A stretch of DNA of 64,000 nt, from IMG/VR virus record IMGVR_UViG_3300034104_005580, positions 8 to 64,007 of that record, one strand, 5' to 3'. The position numbers were made by a program, and so were the translations under genes. This DNA comes from a virus (taxonomy: Duplodnaviria; Caudoviricetes). Shown in pieces: positions 47,720-55,958 of this stretch (positions are counted from its first letter, which is position 1; every line of letters begins with the position of its first letter). Below the pieces are notes generated by a model. That model worked only from the letters and a program-made list of their open reading frames with translations, did not search any database and had not been told where the DNA came from.

Positions 47720-48298
47720 GTGACCCAGACCCAGACCGCCGCTACCTCTTCCCCAGCCTCTGACTCCCCCTCTGCCGCCGCGTGGGCCTTCGTCCTGGAT
47801 CACTCCAGGGCGATCCACTCCGCCGCCCGCCGTACCTGGAAGGACGGCCGGATGGATGTCGAGGACTTCCACCACGACCTCGTGGTGGACATCGCCCGCA
47901 ACTTCCACAAGTTCGACGCCTCCCGCTCTTCGGCGGTCACCTGGGTCTTCCTTCGGGCTCGCAAGGTCCAGGACCGCACCCTCCGCGCGCTCTCCGCCCG
48001 GAAGGACCGGGCCCACTCCACCCGCTCCCTCTCCGCCCCGGAGACCACCGAGGAGGTGGCGATCCAGGTGGCCGTGGAGCGTGGGGACTACGGCTCGCCG
48101 GAGGCCATGGTGGCCCAGGTGACCGTGGCCCAGGTGCTTCGTGCCGCCACCCCTCTCCAGGCCGATGCCGCCCGCTCCGCCATGGAGGGATGGACGGGTG
48201 AAGAGGTCCGCACTTCCTTCGGGTGCTCTATGAGCGCCCGCAACGACCGCCTGAACCGGCTGGGACGCCGGATGGAGAAGCCCCATGCCGCCGAGTGA
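47720..48298 (+). CDS. Sigma-70 family (ECF-like) sigma factor
   Basis: Region 2-like DVEDFHHD...KFDASRSS.VTW; region 4-like EGWTGEEV...G. Confidence 0.7.
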   Translation: MTQTQTAATSSPASDSPSAAAWAFVLDHSRAIHSAARRTWKDGRMDVEDFHHDLVVDIARNFHKFDASRSSAVTWVFLRARKVQDRTLRALSARKDRAHSTRSLSAPETTEEVAIQVAVERGDYGSPEAMVAQVTVAQVLRAATPLQADAARSAMEGWTGEEVRTSFGCSMSARNDRLNRLGRRMEKPHAAE

Positions 48299-48617
48299 TC
48301 CGCCTACCTTCCTGCCCGGTGAGCCGCCGGTCAACCGCATCTTCTCCACCCTTCGGCAGCTCTGGAAGGACCAGGGGAAAGAGGTGGGCGAGGAGCGCCG
48401 CTTCCAGGACTTGGCCGACAAGCTGACCGAGCACCTGGGGATCAAGGTGACCCCCCAGAAGCTCGCCCAGTGGGCCACGGCCTCGGACAATCGCCGTCCT
48501 CCCTGGGGGGCGATCTACTGGCTGATGAACGTGACCGGCTACGAGGTCACCCTGATCCCCGTGGCCTCCGGGGCGAAGCTCGTGCGGCCCCAGAAGGTCG
48601 CCTCCCCCGTGGAGTGA
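48285..48617 (+). CDS. Putative HTH DNA-binding protein
   Basis: FQDLADKL...VTPQKLAQW resembles an XRE-like HTH. Confidence 0.5.
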   Translation: MPPSDPPTFLPGEPPVNRIFSTLRQLWKDQGKEVGEERRFQDLADKLTEHLGIKVTPQKLAQWATASDNRRPPWGAIYWLMNVTGYEVTLIPVASGAKLVRPQKVASPVE

Positions 48618-48642
48618 TCCAGGGGTACACCCCCACCACGAG

Positions 48643-50397
48643 GTGGAAGTGCCCGAGCTGATCGTGACCGTGGACCGTGTTCTCTCCTTCCCTGATCCGA
48701 AGGGGGAGGAGAGGCCGCACCGGCTCCTCCTCTCCTTCGTGGAGAAACTCGACACCACGACAACTCACGTAAACCCCGCCTATGCCTCGGCCCAGCGGCA
48801 GGGGCGGCGGGCGGACCCCGCGAAGGAGCGGATCAAGCTCCTCGTGGAGGAGGGGGGGAAGTGCGAGGTGCCCAGGGGGTGCCTCCCGGAGCTTCGGGAA
48901 GCTGCCCGCCGCTTCGGGATCACGATCACCTGGGACCCCCAGATCGTGACCAACGTGGGCCGCCGGTGGCCCCTCCAGGCGGTGGAGGCCACCACCTCGG
49001 AGAGGACCGGGAGGCCCTTCGGCTTCCGGCCGGAGTACCAGCCCGCGATCATCCAGGCGTGCCTGGAGAAGCGCCAGGGGGTGGTGGTGCTTCCGTGCGG
49101 GGGTGGGAAGACCACCTCCGGGGTGGGAGCGATCCTGGCCTCCGGGGAGGCCGCCCTGGTCCTCGTTCATACGGAGGACCTTCTGGAGCAATGGGTGGAC
49201 ACCGTGCGCCGGATGGCCGGGGTGGACCCCCGGGTGATCGGGGCCGGTCACCACGATCCTCGCCCCCTCCAGCCCGGGGAGATTGCCGTGGGGATGGTCC
49301 AGACCATCCAGCCGAACCTGGAGACCTACCGCTCCATGCTCGACTCGGTGGGCTTCCTCCTCGTGGACGAGTGCCATCGCTCTCCTGCCGACCTCTTCCG
49401 GGCGGTGGTGAACGCCTGCCCCGGGCGGTTCCGGATCGGGCTCTCGGCCACCCCGAACCGGGCGGACGGCTTCGGCTTCCTGATCAACGCCTTGATCGGC
49501 CCGGTGATCTACCGCCTCCCCCGGGGGGCCATCGACCTGATCGAGTGGGGGTATCTCCGCCGCCCCCTCGTGATCCCCGTGGCCTCCGGCTACTCCCCGC
49601 CCGACCTCGTGAGGGAGTGGATCGTCTCGTGCCCCTCGTGCTCGGCCGACGAGAAGAGGGCGAAGAGGGCGACCCAGACCCTGGCCACCTCCGCCGACAA
49701 AGCCACCTTCTCGGCGGGGCGACTTTCCTGCCGCCGCTCCGGCCGCTCCTCGGTGAAGTGCTCCCACGTCTTCACCGGGGAGGAGAAGAAGGAGCTGGGG
49801 ATGCTGATCCTGGCCCAGGTCCAGAGCGATGCGGCCGTGAACCGGGCGAGGGTGGAGACGATGTCCACCCTGGTCCAGGAGGGGGTGGAGGTGGGGCGGC
49901 TCGCCCTGACCCTCGTGAACCGGAAGGACGGGGTGGAGGCCCTCACGGCGGAGCATCGGGCCCGGGGCCTTCGGGTCCGGGGGGTCACCTCGGAGGTGGA
50001 GGACCGAGGGGCGATCATCGCGGGGTTCCGGGCTCGCCGCTACGACTCCATGGTGGCCACCCAGCTCGCGGACGAAGGGCTCGACGTGCCCTCCCTGGAC
50101 CTCCTGGTCATGGGCTCGGCGGGCCGCCACGATGGCACGGCCCAGCAGCGGGCGGGGCGGACGTGCCGCCCGGTGGGCCACGAGGTGCCCCTGGTCTTCG
50201 ACGTGGTGGATGACTACCCGGCGGCCCGATCCCAGTGGAGGGATCGGGCCTCGGCCTACGTGGAAGCCTACGGGGCCGAGTGCCTCCCCACCGACCGGGC
50301 GATGCCCCTGGGGTGGGCGATCCGGGTGATCCAGCGGCTGGAGGAGCCCGGAGGTCTGGCCGAGGTCACCGGGCAGCTCGCCCGCTTTCGCGGATAA
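48643..50397 (+). CDS. SF2 DEAD/DEAH-box helicase with Cys-rich insertion
   Basis: YQ, PCGGGKT, DECH, SATP, EGLDVP, QRAGR. Confidence 0.92.
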   Translation: MEVPELIVTVDRVLSFPDPKGEERPHRLLLSFVEKLDTTTTHVNPAYASAQRQGRRADPAKERIKLLVEEGGKCEVPRGCLPELREAARRFGITITWDPQIVTNVGRRWPLQAVEATTSERTGRPFGFRPEYQPAIIQACLEKRQGVVVLPCGGGKTTSGVGAILASGEAALVLVHTEDLLEQWVDTVRRMAGVDPRVIGAGHHDPRPLQPGEIAVGMVQTIQPNLETYRSMLDSVGFLLVDECHRSPADLFRAVVNACPGRFRIGLSATPNRADGFGFLINALIGPVIYRLPRGAIDLIEWGYLRRPLVIPVASGYSPPDLVREWIVSCPSCSADEKRAKRATQTLATSADKATFSAGRLSCRRSGRSSVKCSHVFTGEEKKELGMLILAQVQSDAAVNRARVETMSTLVQEGVEVGRLALTLVNRKDGVEALTAEHRARGLRVRGVTSEVEDRGAIIAGFRARRYDSMVATQLADEGLDVPSLDLLVMGSAGRHDGTAQQRAGRTCRPVGHEVPLVFDVVDDYPAARSQWRDRASAYVEAYGAECLPTDRAMPLGWAIRVIQRLEEPGGLAEVTGQLARFRG

Positions 50398-50412
50398 AGC
50401 GCAGAAGCCCCC

Positions 50413-50481
50413 GCGCCAGCTATCCCACCGCCGGGTAAGTGGAAGGGGTGAGCGAGAGATGCTCACCACCTGGAGCCCACG
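50413..50481 (+). promoter_or_regulatory. Promoter-leader cassette 7 (variant leader)
   Basis: GCGCCA-N17-TAAGTG; hairpin GGTGAGC-GAGAGAT-GCTCACC. Confidence 0.7.
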
Positions 50482-50784
50482 ATGACCCCTCACCTCGCCT
50501 CGATCTCCTCCATCGCCCTCACGCAGGCCGTGAAGCGCGCCACCTGCCTCCCCACCCACGAGGGGCGGCTGGCCCTCGTGGTGGTCGCCCAGTATGCCGC
50601 CGTCGAGCCCGATCCTGGGGAGTCCGCGTGGGTGGATGCGCCCGCCGGTGATCAGTGGGGCCGGATGCTCCTCACCGTGAAGGACGAGGTGACCGGGAAG
50701 GTGATCGACTCCTTCTACTCCTACGAGCAGAAGCACGAGGTGCGGCCCACCTCCGGCGGTCCTCCCTGCTGGTGGGTGGATTGA
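50482..50784 (+). CDS. Hypothetical protein under its own promoter
   Basis: ORF after cassette 7. Confidence 0.65.
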   Translation: MTPHLASISSIALTQAVKRATCLPTHEGRLALVVVAQYAAVEPDPGESAWVDAPAGDQWGRMLLTVKDEVTGKVIDSFYSYEQKHEVRPTSGGPPCWWVD

Positions 50785-50891
50785 CGAGGGCGGAGGCCCC
50801 GTTCAGTGGGCGGTCAGATTCTGGTCGCCCTCCGGTCGGAGCCCTTCACACTTTCCCGCCCCAGGGGTAGAAGGGTGGAGAGGTAGCACCG

Positions 50892-52532
50892 ATGTCGAGT
50901 CCCGCCCGTCCCGCCCGTCTCGTGATCCCCAGGTACGGATCGATCCCCGGGCTCCCCGCCCGGGCGATGATCTTCTCCAACTCCGAGCGCATGGAGCTGG
51001 GGTGCGACCGCCGGTGGTTCCACCGCTACGCCGAGCACCTCCGCCCCGCCGAGGAGGCTCGCGCCCTCTCCTACGGCACCGAGTGGGCCCGGGTCATGGA
51101 GGACGTGCATCGGTGGTGGATGGTGACCGACGCCCGCTACCCCCTGGAGCAGGTGATCGGGAAGGGCCCGGACTCCTCCGACCCCCACGGCTCGTGCCCG
51201 TGGTGCTCCGGCGAGAAGATGATCGGCCGCTACTCCGGCTCGGCCGGATCGCTTCGGTGCGACGAGTGCGACGGCTCCGGCCTCTCGGTCCTCTTCCGGG
51301 CTCGCCTGGAGTGGCTCTCCGGGGCGAGCGAGGGGGAGGAGGCCGCCGAGGCCCAGGCCGAGGTGGAGACCCTCTTCCGGGCCCTCCGTGGGTGGTGCGA
51401 GATGTACGGAGCGAACCCCCCGGTGGAGTACCGGGTGGTCGCCGTGGAGCTGGACGTGCTGGCCCCCGTGGTGGACCCCGCCACCGGAAAGCCGTTCCGC
51501 CCGCGCCTCCCCCTCGTGGAGGTGGAGGATGGGTGGAGGATCGCCGGGCCCGGGGAGACCCCCACCACCTGGGGGAGCTTTCCCTGGTTCCAGGTCGGGA
51601 AGCTGGACGTGGTGCTCCAGCACCGGGTGACCGGGGCGCTCTGGATCGAGGATGCGAAGTCCTCCCGCGATCCGTGGGGGTACCTCCGGAACGTGACGGT
51701 GGACCCCCAGACCACCGGATACCTCTGGATGCTCCGGGAAAGTATCGCCGCTGGCCTCACCTCTTTCCGTGGTGAGGTGGTGGGGGTCCAGTGGGACGTG
51801 ACCTCCTCCTCCCTCCAGCAGTTCCCCCGGCGGCTCGTGGACAAGCCCGTGAGCAAGACCGACGTGGCGGCCCAGGAGAAGGCCGTGGACGAGGAGCTGG
51901 CCCACCTTCCGGAGGTGGTGGCCCGGATGGAGGCCGCCACGGTCTCCGGGATGAAGAAGAAGGAGCTGGCCGACCTCCTGGCCTCCCTCCTCCTCCAGGG
52001 CGAGGTGGGAGCCGAGCGCGAGCGCCGGATGGCCCGGATCGTCCGGTGGAAGCCGCCCGAGCTTTCCCGCGCCCAGAACGTGACCACCCCCTCCTGGCTG
52101 ATCATCGAAGCCATCCAGGAGGCCGAGCCGACCCCGGATGGCCAGCGGGTCCTCCTGGAGGACTACCAGGATCACCTCTCGTGGGCCCGGGAGGCCGTGG
52201 ACTCCCGCCTCTACGCCCGGGAGCCCGTGGTGGCCTCCCCCTCGGCGGTGGAGGAGTACCGCTGGGAGGTCTTCGGGGTGGCGAAGAAGCTCGCCGCGAT
52301 GATCCGCGCCTCCGTGGGGGCCACCTCCATGGAGGCCCTCGCCCTCTCCTTCCCCCGCACGCCCCTCTGCCGGAAGCCCGGCGGCTCGTGCCCCTTCGTC
52401 TCCCTCTGCGCCGGTGGTGACACCGAGGACGCTCGTGGGGAGTTCACCACCTCGGATGGCCTTCTCTGGGAAAGGCCGAACGTGAGCAAGCCCGCTACTT
52501 CCACCCTCGATCCCAGTGAAACGGAGTTCTGA
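50892..52532 (+). CDS. PD-(D/E)XK (RecB/Cas4-like) exonuclease
   Basis: FSNS...CDRRW, GKLD...IEDAKS, QxxxY, C-terminal C..C..C. Confidence 0.8.
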   Translation: MSSPARPARLVIPRYGSIPGLPARAMIFSNSERMELGCDRRWFHRYAEHLRPAEEARALSYGTEWARVMEDVHRWWMVTDARYPLEQVIGKGPDSSDPHGSCPWCSGEKMIGRYSGSAGSLRCDECDGSGLSVLFRARLEWLSGASEGEEAAEAQAEVETLFRALRGWCEMYGANPPVEYRVVAVELDVLAPVVDPATGKPFRPRLPLVEVEDGWRIAGPGETPTTWGSFPWFQVGKLDVVLQHRVTGALWIEDAKSSRDPWGYLRNVTVDPQTTGYLWMLRESIAAGLTSFRGEVVGVQWDVTSSSLQQFPRRLVDKPVSKTDVAAQEKAVDEELAHLPEVVARMEAATVSGMKKKELADLLASLLLQGEVGAERERRMARIVRWKPPELSRAQNVTTPSWLIIEAIQEAEPTPDGQRVLLEDYQDHLSWAREAVDSRLYAREPVVASPSAVEEYRWEVFGVAKKLAAMIRASVGATSMEALALSFPRTPLCRKPGGSCPFVSLCAGGDTEDARGEFTTSDGLLWERPNVSKPATSTLDPSETEF

Positions 52533-53659
52533 TGTCTCTTCTCACCCTCACCCCCGCCGGTGAAACCACCGCCGTCTGGTTCAAGCTCTTCCTCTATGGC
52601 AACTCCGGAGCGGGGAAGACGTGGCGGGCCTGTCAGGTCCGGAAGCCGGGGGACGCCCGGAAGGTGCTCGCCCTCCTCACCGAGGCCAACGGGGTCCAGA
52701 GCGCCCGCCACGCGAACCCCTCGATCCTCCTCCCCTCGTGGCCCCTCACCCAGCGGGTGAAGGTGGGCGAGAAGAAGGAGGGCACGAAGACCGTGGTGGT
52801 CTACGAGGAGAAGCCCGTCCTGGACCCCGTGACCCAGAAGCCGATGGTCCGTCACTACGCCGTGAAGATGGCCGAGGTGCGGGAGGTGCTGATGGCGGTC
52901 CAGAACCGGGAGGTGCCCGACCTCGACACCCTGATCCTGGATGGGTGGACCGAGATTCAGGCCATGATGAAGGACGAGATGCTGGAGATGAAGCGGAAGG
53001 CCGTTGAGGAGGGCCGGGCGAAGAAGGAGGCCCTGGTCTTCTCTAAAGCCGACTGGGGCGAGCTGGGAGAGCGGGTCCGCCGGGCCATGCGCTCGGTGCG
53101 GGACCTCCCCATCCACGTCGTCTCCACCGCCCTGGCCGAGGTGGAGACCGAGGAGGAGGGCGAGACCGTCACCCGGTACACGATCCCCAGCTTCCAGGGG
53201 CGGAAGCTCCACGGTCAGGCCGCCGCCTTCCAGAACGTGGTGGCCTACTGCTACACCACCCGGGGCCGCGACTCCGGGGGGGCCGCGAAGATCGCCCGGA
53301 TGGCGATGGTGGAGGGGCCCGAGACCATCCAGTGCAAGCCGGCCTATCCCCTGACCGGGGTGATCGAAGCCCCGCTCTGGGAGTGGATGGACCTCCTGGC
53401 GAAGCCCCCGGTGGACGGGGCCACCCTCGGCCGCGCCCTCACCGACGAGGACCGGAAGGCCCTGGAGGAGGCCGCCGCCCAGGGTGCGGAGGAGACCGTC
53501 AAGCGCAAGGCCCAGGAGGCCGCCCAGGAGGAGGTGGACCCGGACGCCCCCGTGGTGGACCTCTCCGCCGGGCAGGAGCCCTCGAAGGAGGAGAAGCCGA
53601 AGGGCTCCACCTCCGGCACCGGGCGGGTCCGCCGTGGCCCTCGTGGGGCCGGAACCTGA
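52532..53659 (+). CDS. AAA_24/Sak4-like ATPase (ssDNA annealing)
   Basis: LYGNSGAGKT, TLILDG, DWGEL; sits between exonuclease and SSB. Confidence 0.8.
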   Translation: MSLLTLTPAGETTAVWFKLFLYGNSGAGKTWRACQVRKPGDARKVLALLTEANGVQSARHANPSILLPSWPLTQRVKVGEKKEGTKTVVVYEEKPVLDPVTQKPMVRHYAVKMAEVREVLMAVQNREVPDLDTLILDGWTEIQAMMKDEMLEMKRKAVEEGRAKKEALVFSKADWGELGERVRRAMRSVRDLPIHVVSTALAEVETEEEGETVTRYTIPSFQGRKLHGQAAAFQNVVAYCYTTRGRDSGGAAKIARMAMVEGPETIQCKPAYPLTGVIEAPLWEWMDLLAKPPVDGATLGRALTDEDRKALEEAAAQGAEETVKRKAQEAAQEEVDPDAPVVDLSAGQEPSKEEKPKGSTSGTGRVRRGPRGAGT

Positions 53660-53772
53660 TCCGCGCCCCTTCATCTTCCACCCCGTGAGGGGTAGATCAC
53701 TCCGGGGGCGGTCCTCGCCCCCATCCCGCCGCAAGGCCAATACCAAGCAAGCCAGCAAGTGAGGAAACTACG

Positions 53773-54378
53773 ATGTCCGAATGGGATGGAAAGGTCGATC
53801 CGAACGACAAGGAATACGATGGGAAGAACGGGCCGGATACCCGCTACTGCGGGGCCGGGAAGAAGGCCCTGGTGCCGCTCGGCTTCGAGCGGTGGAAGTC
53901 CAGCAAGGGCTCCGCGATGCTCTCGATCATGTACGGCTGCATCCTCGACCTGGAGAAGGGCGGGCCCGATGCCGGAGCCGTGGTCTGGCGCAACTTCGCC
54001 CTGACCCAGAACGCGGTCCAGTTCTTCGCCCGCTTCGCCCGCGCCATGGGCTTCACCACCCCCTTCAACGTGTTCAGCGACGAAGACGTGGGGGCCATCC
54101 TGGGGAAGGGGGCCTGCGTGGGGAAGGTGGAGGTGGAGACCTACGAGCGCCGGGACGGGAAGGAGGGCCACCGCTCGGAGGTCAAGTTCTTCGATCCCTT
54201 CACCGGCTCCTGGGAGCCCGACTTCGACGCCCTCGTGGCGGAGATGGAGGAGAAGTGGGACGAGTATCTGGCGTTCCGCGCCGAGCACCCCCGGGGTGCG
54301 GCTCCCACCGGGGGCGGCTCCGGTGGTGGTGAGAGCGGCGGCGGCGGCAGCTACTCCAACGAGGACATCCCCTTCTAA
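53773..54378 (+). CDS. ssDNA-binding protein (DUF669-like)
   Basis: SSKG..ML; Gly-rich tail ending in EDIPF. Confidence 0.75.
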   Translation: MSEWDGKVDPNDKEYDGKNGPDTRYCGAGKKALVPLGFERWKSSKGSAMLSIMYGCILDLEKGGPDAGAVVWRNFALTQNAVQFFARFARAMGFTTPFNVFSDEDVGAILGKGACVGKVEVETYERRDGKEGHRSEVKFFDPFTGSWEPDFDALVAEMEEKWDEYLAFRAEHPRGAAPTGGGSGGGESGGGGSYSNEDIPF

Positions 54379-55052
54379 TGGCCGAGCGCCCCCCGGTCCT
54401 CGGAGTGGACCCCGCCGCAAACGGGGCCGCCGTCCTCCTCCACCCGGGGGGGAAGCGGGTCCTGGCGGCATGGGTCTGGACCGAGAGGAGCCGAGGGGGC
54501 TGCAAGGTCTCGGAGGTGGTCTCGGTCCAGGACCGGGAGGGGGGCTATCGGGTGGGCACGCGCCGCTCGGTCGCCCCCTTCGGCGTGGTGGGAGAGGTCA
54601 TCCGGGAGGAGGCTCGCTCCATCCTCGGTGGGGTGGCCTACGCCCTGGCAGGGGAGAACGCCATCGTCGGCCGGGCGATGGATACCTCCATCGTGATCGC
54701 CCGGAACGCGGGCCGAGTGCTCGGCCCCCTTGAAGCCCTGGCCGTGGGTCAGAGCACCGAGTGGGTGAGGGCCACCGAGTGGAGGTCCGTCATCCTGAAC
54801 CTCAACCCGCACACCCCCCGGGAGGAGGCGAAGGCCCAGGCCATGAAGTGGATGCCGATCCGCATCCCCTCCCTCGTGGAGGTGGCTCGGCTCCTGGGGG
54901 GTCCTGACGACCTCTACGACGCCTCCGGAGTAGCATCATGGCTCGACACTCACCTATCCAGCCCACCCTCTTCGGAGGGCTCACGCCGACCGGGGGCCCG
55001 GACCCGAAAGCCCCCCGCGAAGACGCCGAAGAAGTCCTCCGGGCGTGGGTGA
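54378..55052 (+). CDS. RuvC-like Holliday junction resolvase
   Basis: VLGVDP, GE, VxAxEW, K, DxYDA. Confidence 0.7.
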   Translation: MAERPPVLGVDPAANGAAVLLHPGGKRVLAAWVWTERSRGGCKVSEVVSVQDREGGYRVGTRRSVAPFGVVGEVIREEARSILGGVAYALAGENAIVGRAMDTSIVIARNAGRVLGPLEALAVGQSTEWVRATEWRSVILNLNPHTPREEAKAQAMKWMPIRIPSLVEVARLLGGPDDLYDASGVASWLDTHLSSPPSSEGSRRPGARTRKPPAKTPKKSSGRG

Positions 55053-55366
55053 GGTACCAGGAGGGGAGGGGGGCCAACGTGAAGGCCACCCCGCCCCGCC
55101 TCGCCCTGATCGTGAAAGCGATGGAGCAGGGCGGATACACCGGCTCCCAGCTTTCCACCTATCTCCGGTGGGTCTTCACCGCCCCTGCCCGCTGGCCGGG
55201 GTGGATGCGGAAGCCGGGCCACCCCTACCTGGAGGTGGAGAACCTGCTGCGAGCGAGTCACCTCCGGGACCACCTCGTGGAGGCCGTGGAGTGGGCCACC
55301 GCCCAGGGAGAGGAGGGGGAGCCCCCGATGGTCGCCCTCTACGGGGACCAGACCTTCGCAGGATGA
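54938..55366 (+). CDS. Hypothetical protein
   Basis: GGAG RBS; overlaps the low-complexity tail of the resolvase gene. Confidence 0.55.
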   Translation: MARHSPIQPTLFGGLTPTGGPDPKAPREDAEEVLRAWVRYQEGRGANVKATPPRLALIVKAMEQGGYTGSQLSTYLRWVFTAPARWPGWMRKPGHPYLEVENLLRASHLRDHLVEAVEWATAQGEEGEPPMVALYGDQTFAG

Positions 55367-55386
55367 AAGAAAGTGCAGAAGCCACC

Positions 55387-55439
55387 GCGCCACCTTTCCC
55401 TCCCTGGGGTAATCTAAGGGGGTGAGCAAGGAGCCTCCG
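55387..55439 (+). promoter_or_regulatory. Promoter-leader cassette 8
   Basis: GCGCCA-N17-TAATCT; GTGAGCAAGGAGCC. Confidence 0.75.
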
Positions 55440-55922
55440 ATGACGACCGCCTCTTTCCAGACCGCCCCCGCCGCCCTCACCGCCATCCTCGCCGGGAAGG
55501 CGAAGATCACCCTGGTCTCCACGAAGACCGGGGCCCGCTTCACCTACAAGATCACCCGGGCGAACGCCTCGGCCCGGAACCCCTCTCCCCTCTGGTTCGT
55601 CTCCCTCCTCTCCGGGCCGAACAACGAGGCGGACTTCTCCTACCTCGGCGTGATCCGGGCGGGCTTCGGGAACGAGGGCCCCCGCTTCTCCCTCACGGCG
55701 AAGTCCACCTCCACCGATGCGGCCCCCTCGGTGAAGGCGATCACCTGGACGGTGGCCTCCCTCTACAACCAGGGGGCCATCCCCGCCGCCCTGGAGGTCT
55801 GGCACGAGGGCTCCTGCTGCCGGTGCGGCCGGGCCCTGACGGTGCCCGAGTCCATCGCCTCCGGGATCGGCCCGGAGTGCGCGAAGAAGGGCGCGAAGGA
55901 GAAGGCCCGGCTGGCGGCCTGA
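55440..55922 (+). CDS. DUF6011-domain protein
   Basis: CCRCGRALTVPESIASGIGPEC. Confidence 0.8.
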   Translation: MTTASFQTAPAALTAILAGKAKITLVSTKTGARFTYKITRANASARNPSPLWFVSLLSGPNNEADFSYLGVIRAGFGNEGPRFSLTAKSTSTDAAPSVKAITWTVASLYNQGAIPAALEVWHEGSCCRCGRALTVPESIASGIGPECAKKGAKEKARLAA

Positions 55923-55958
55923 CCGGAGGGCGGTGGGAGGGGTACACCCTCCCACGAG

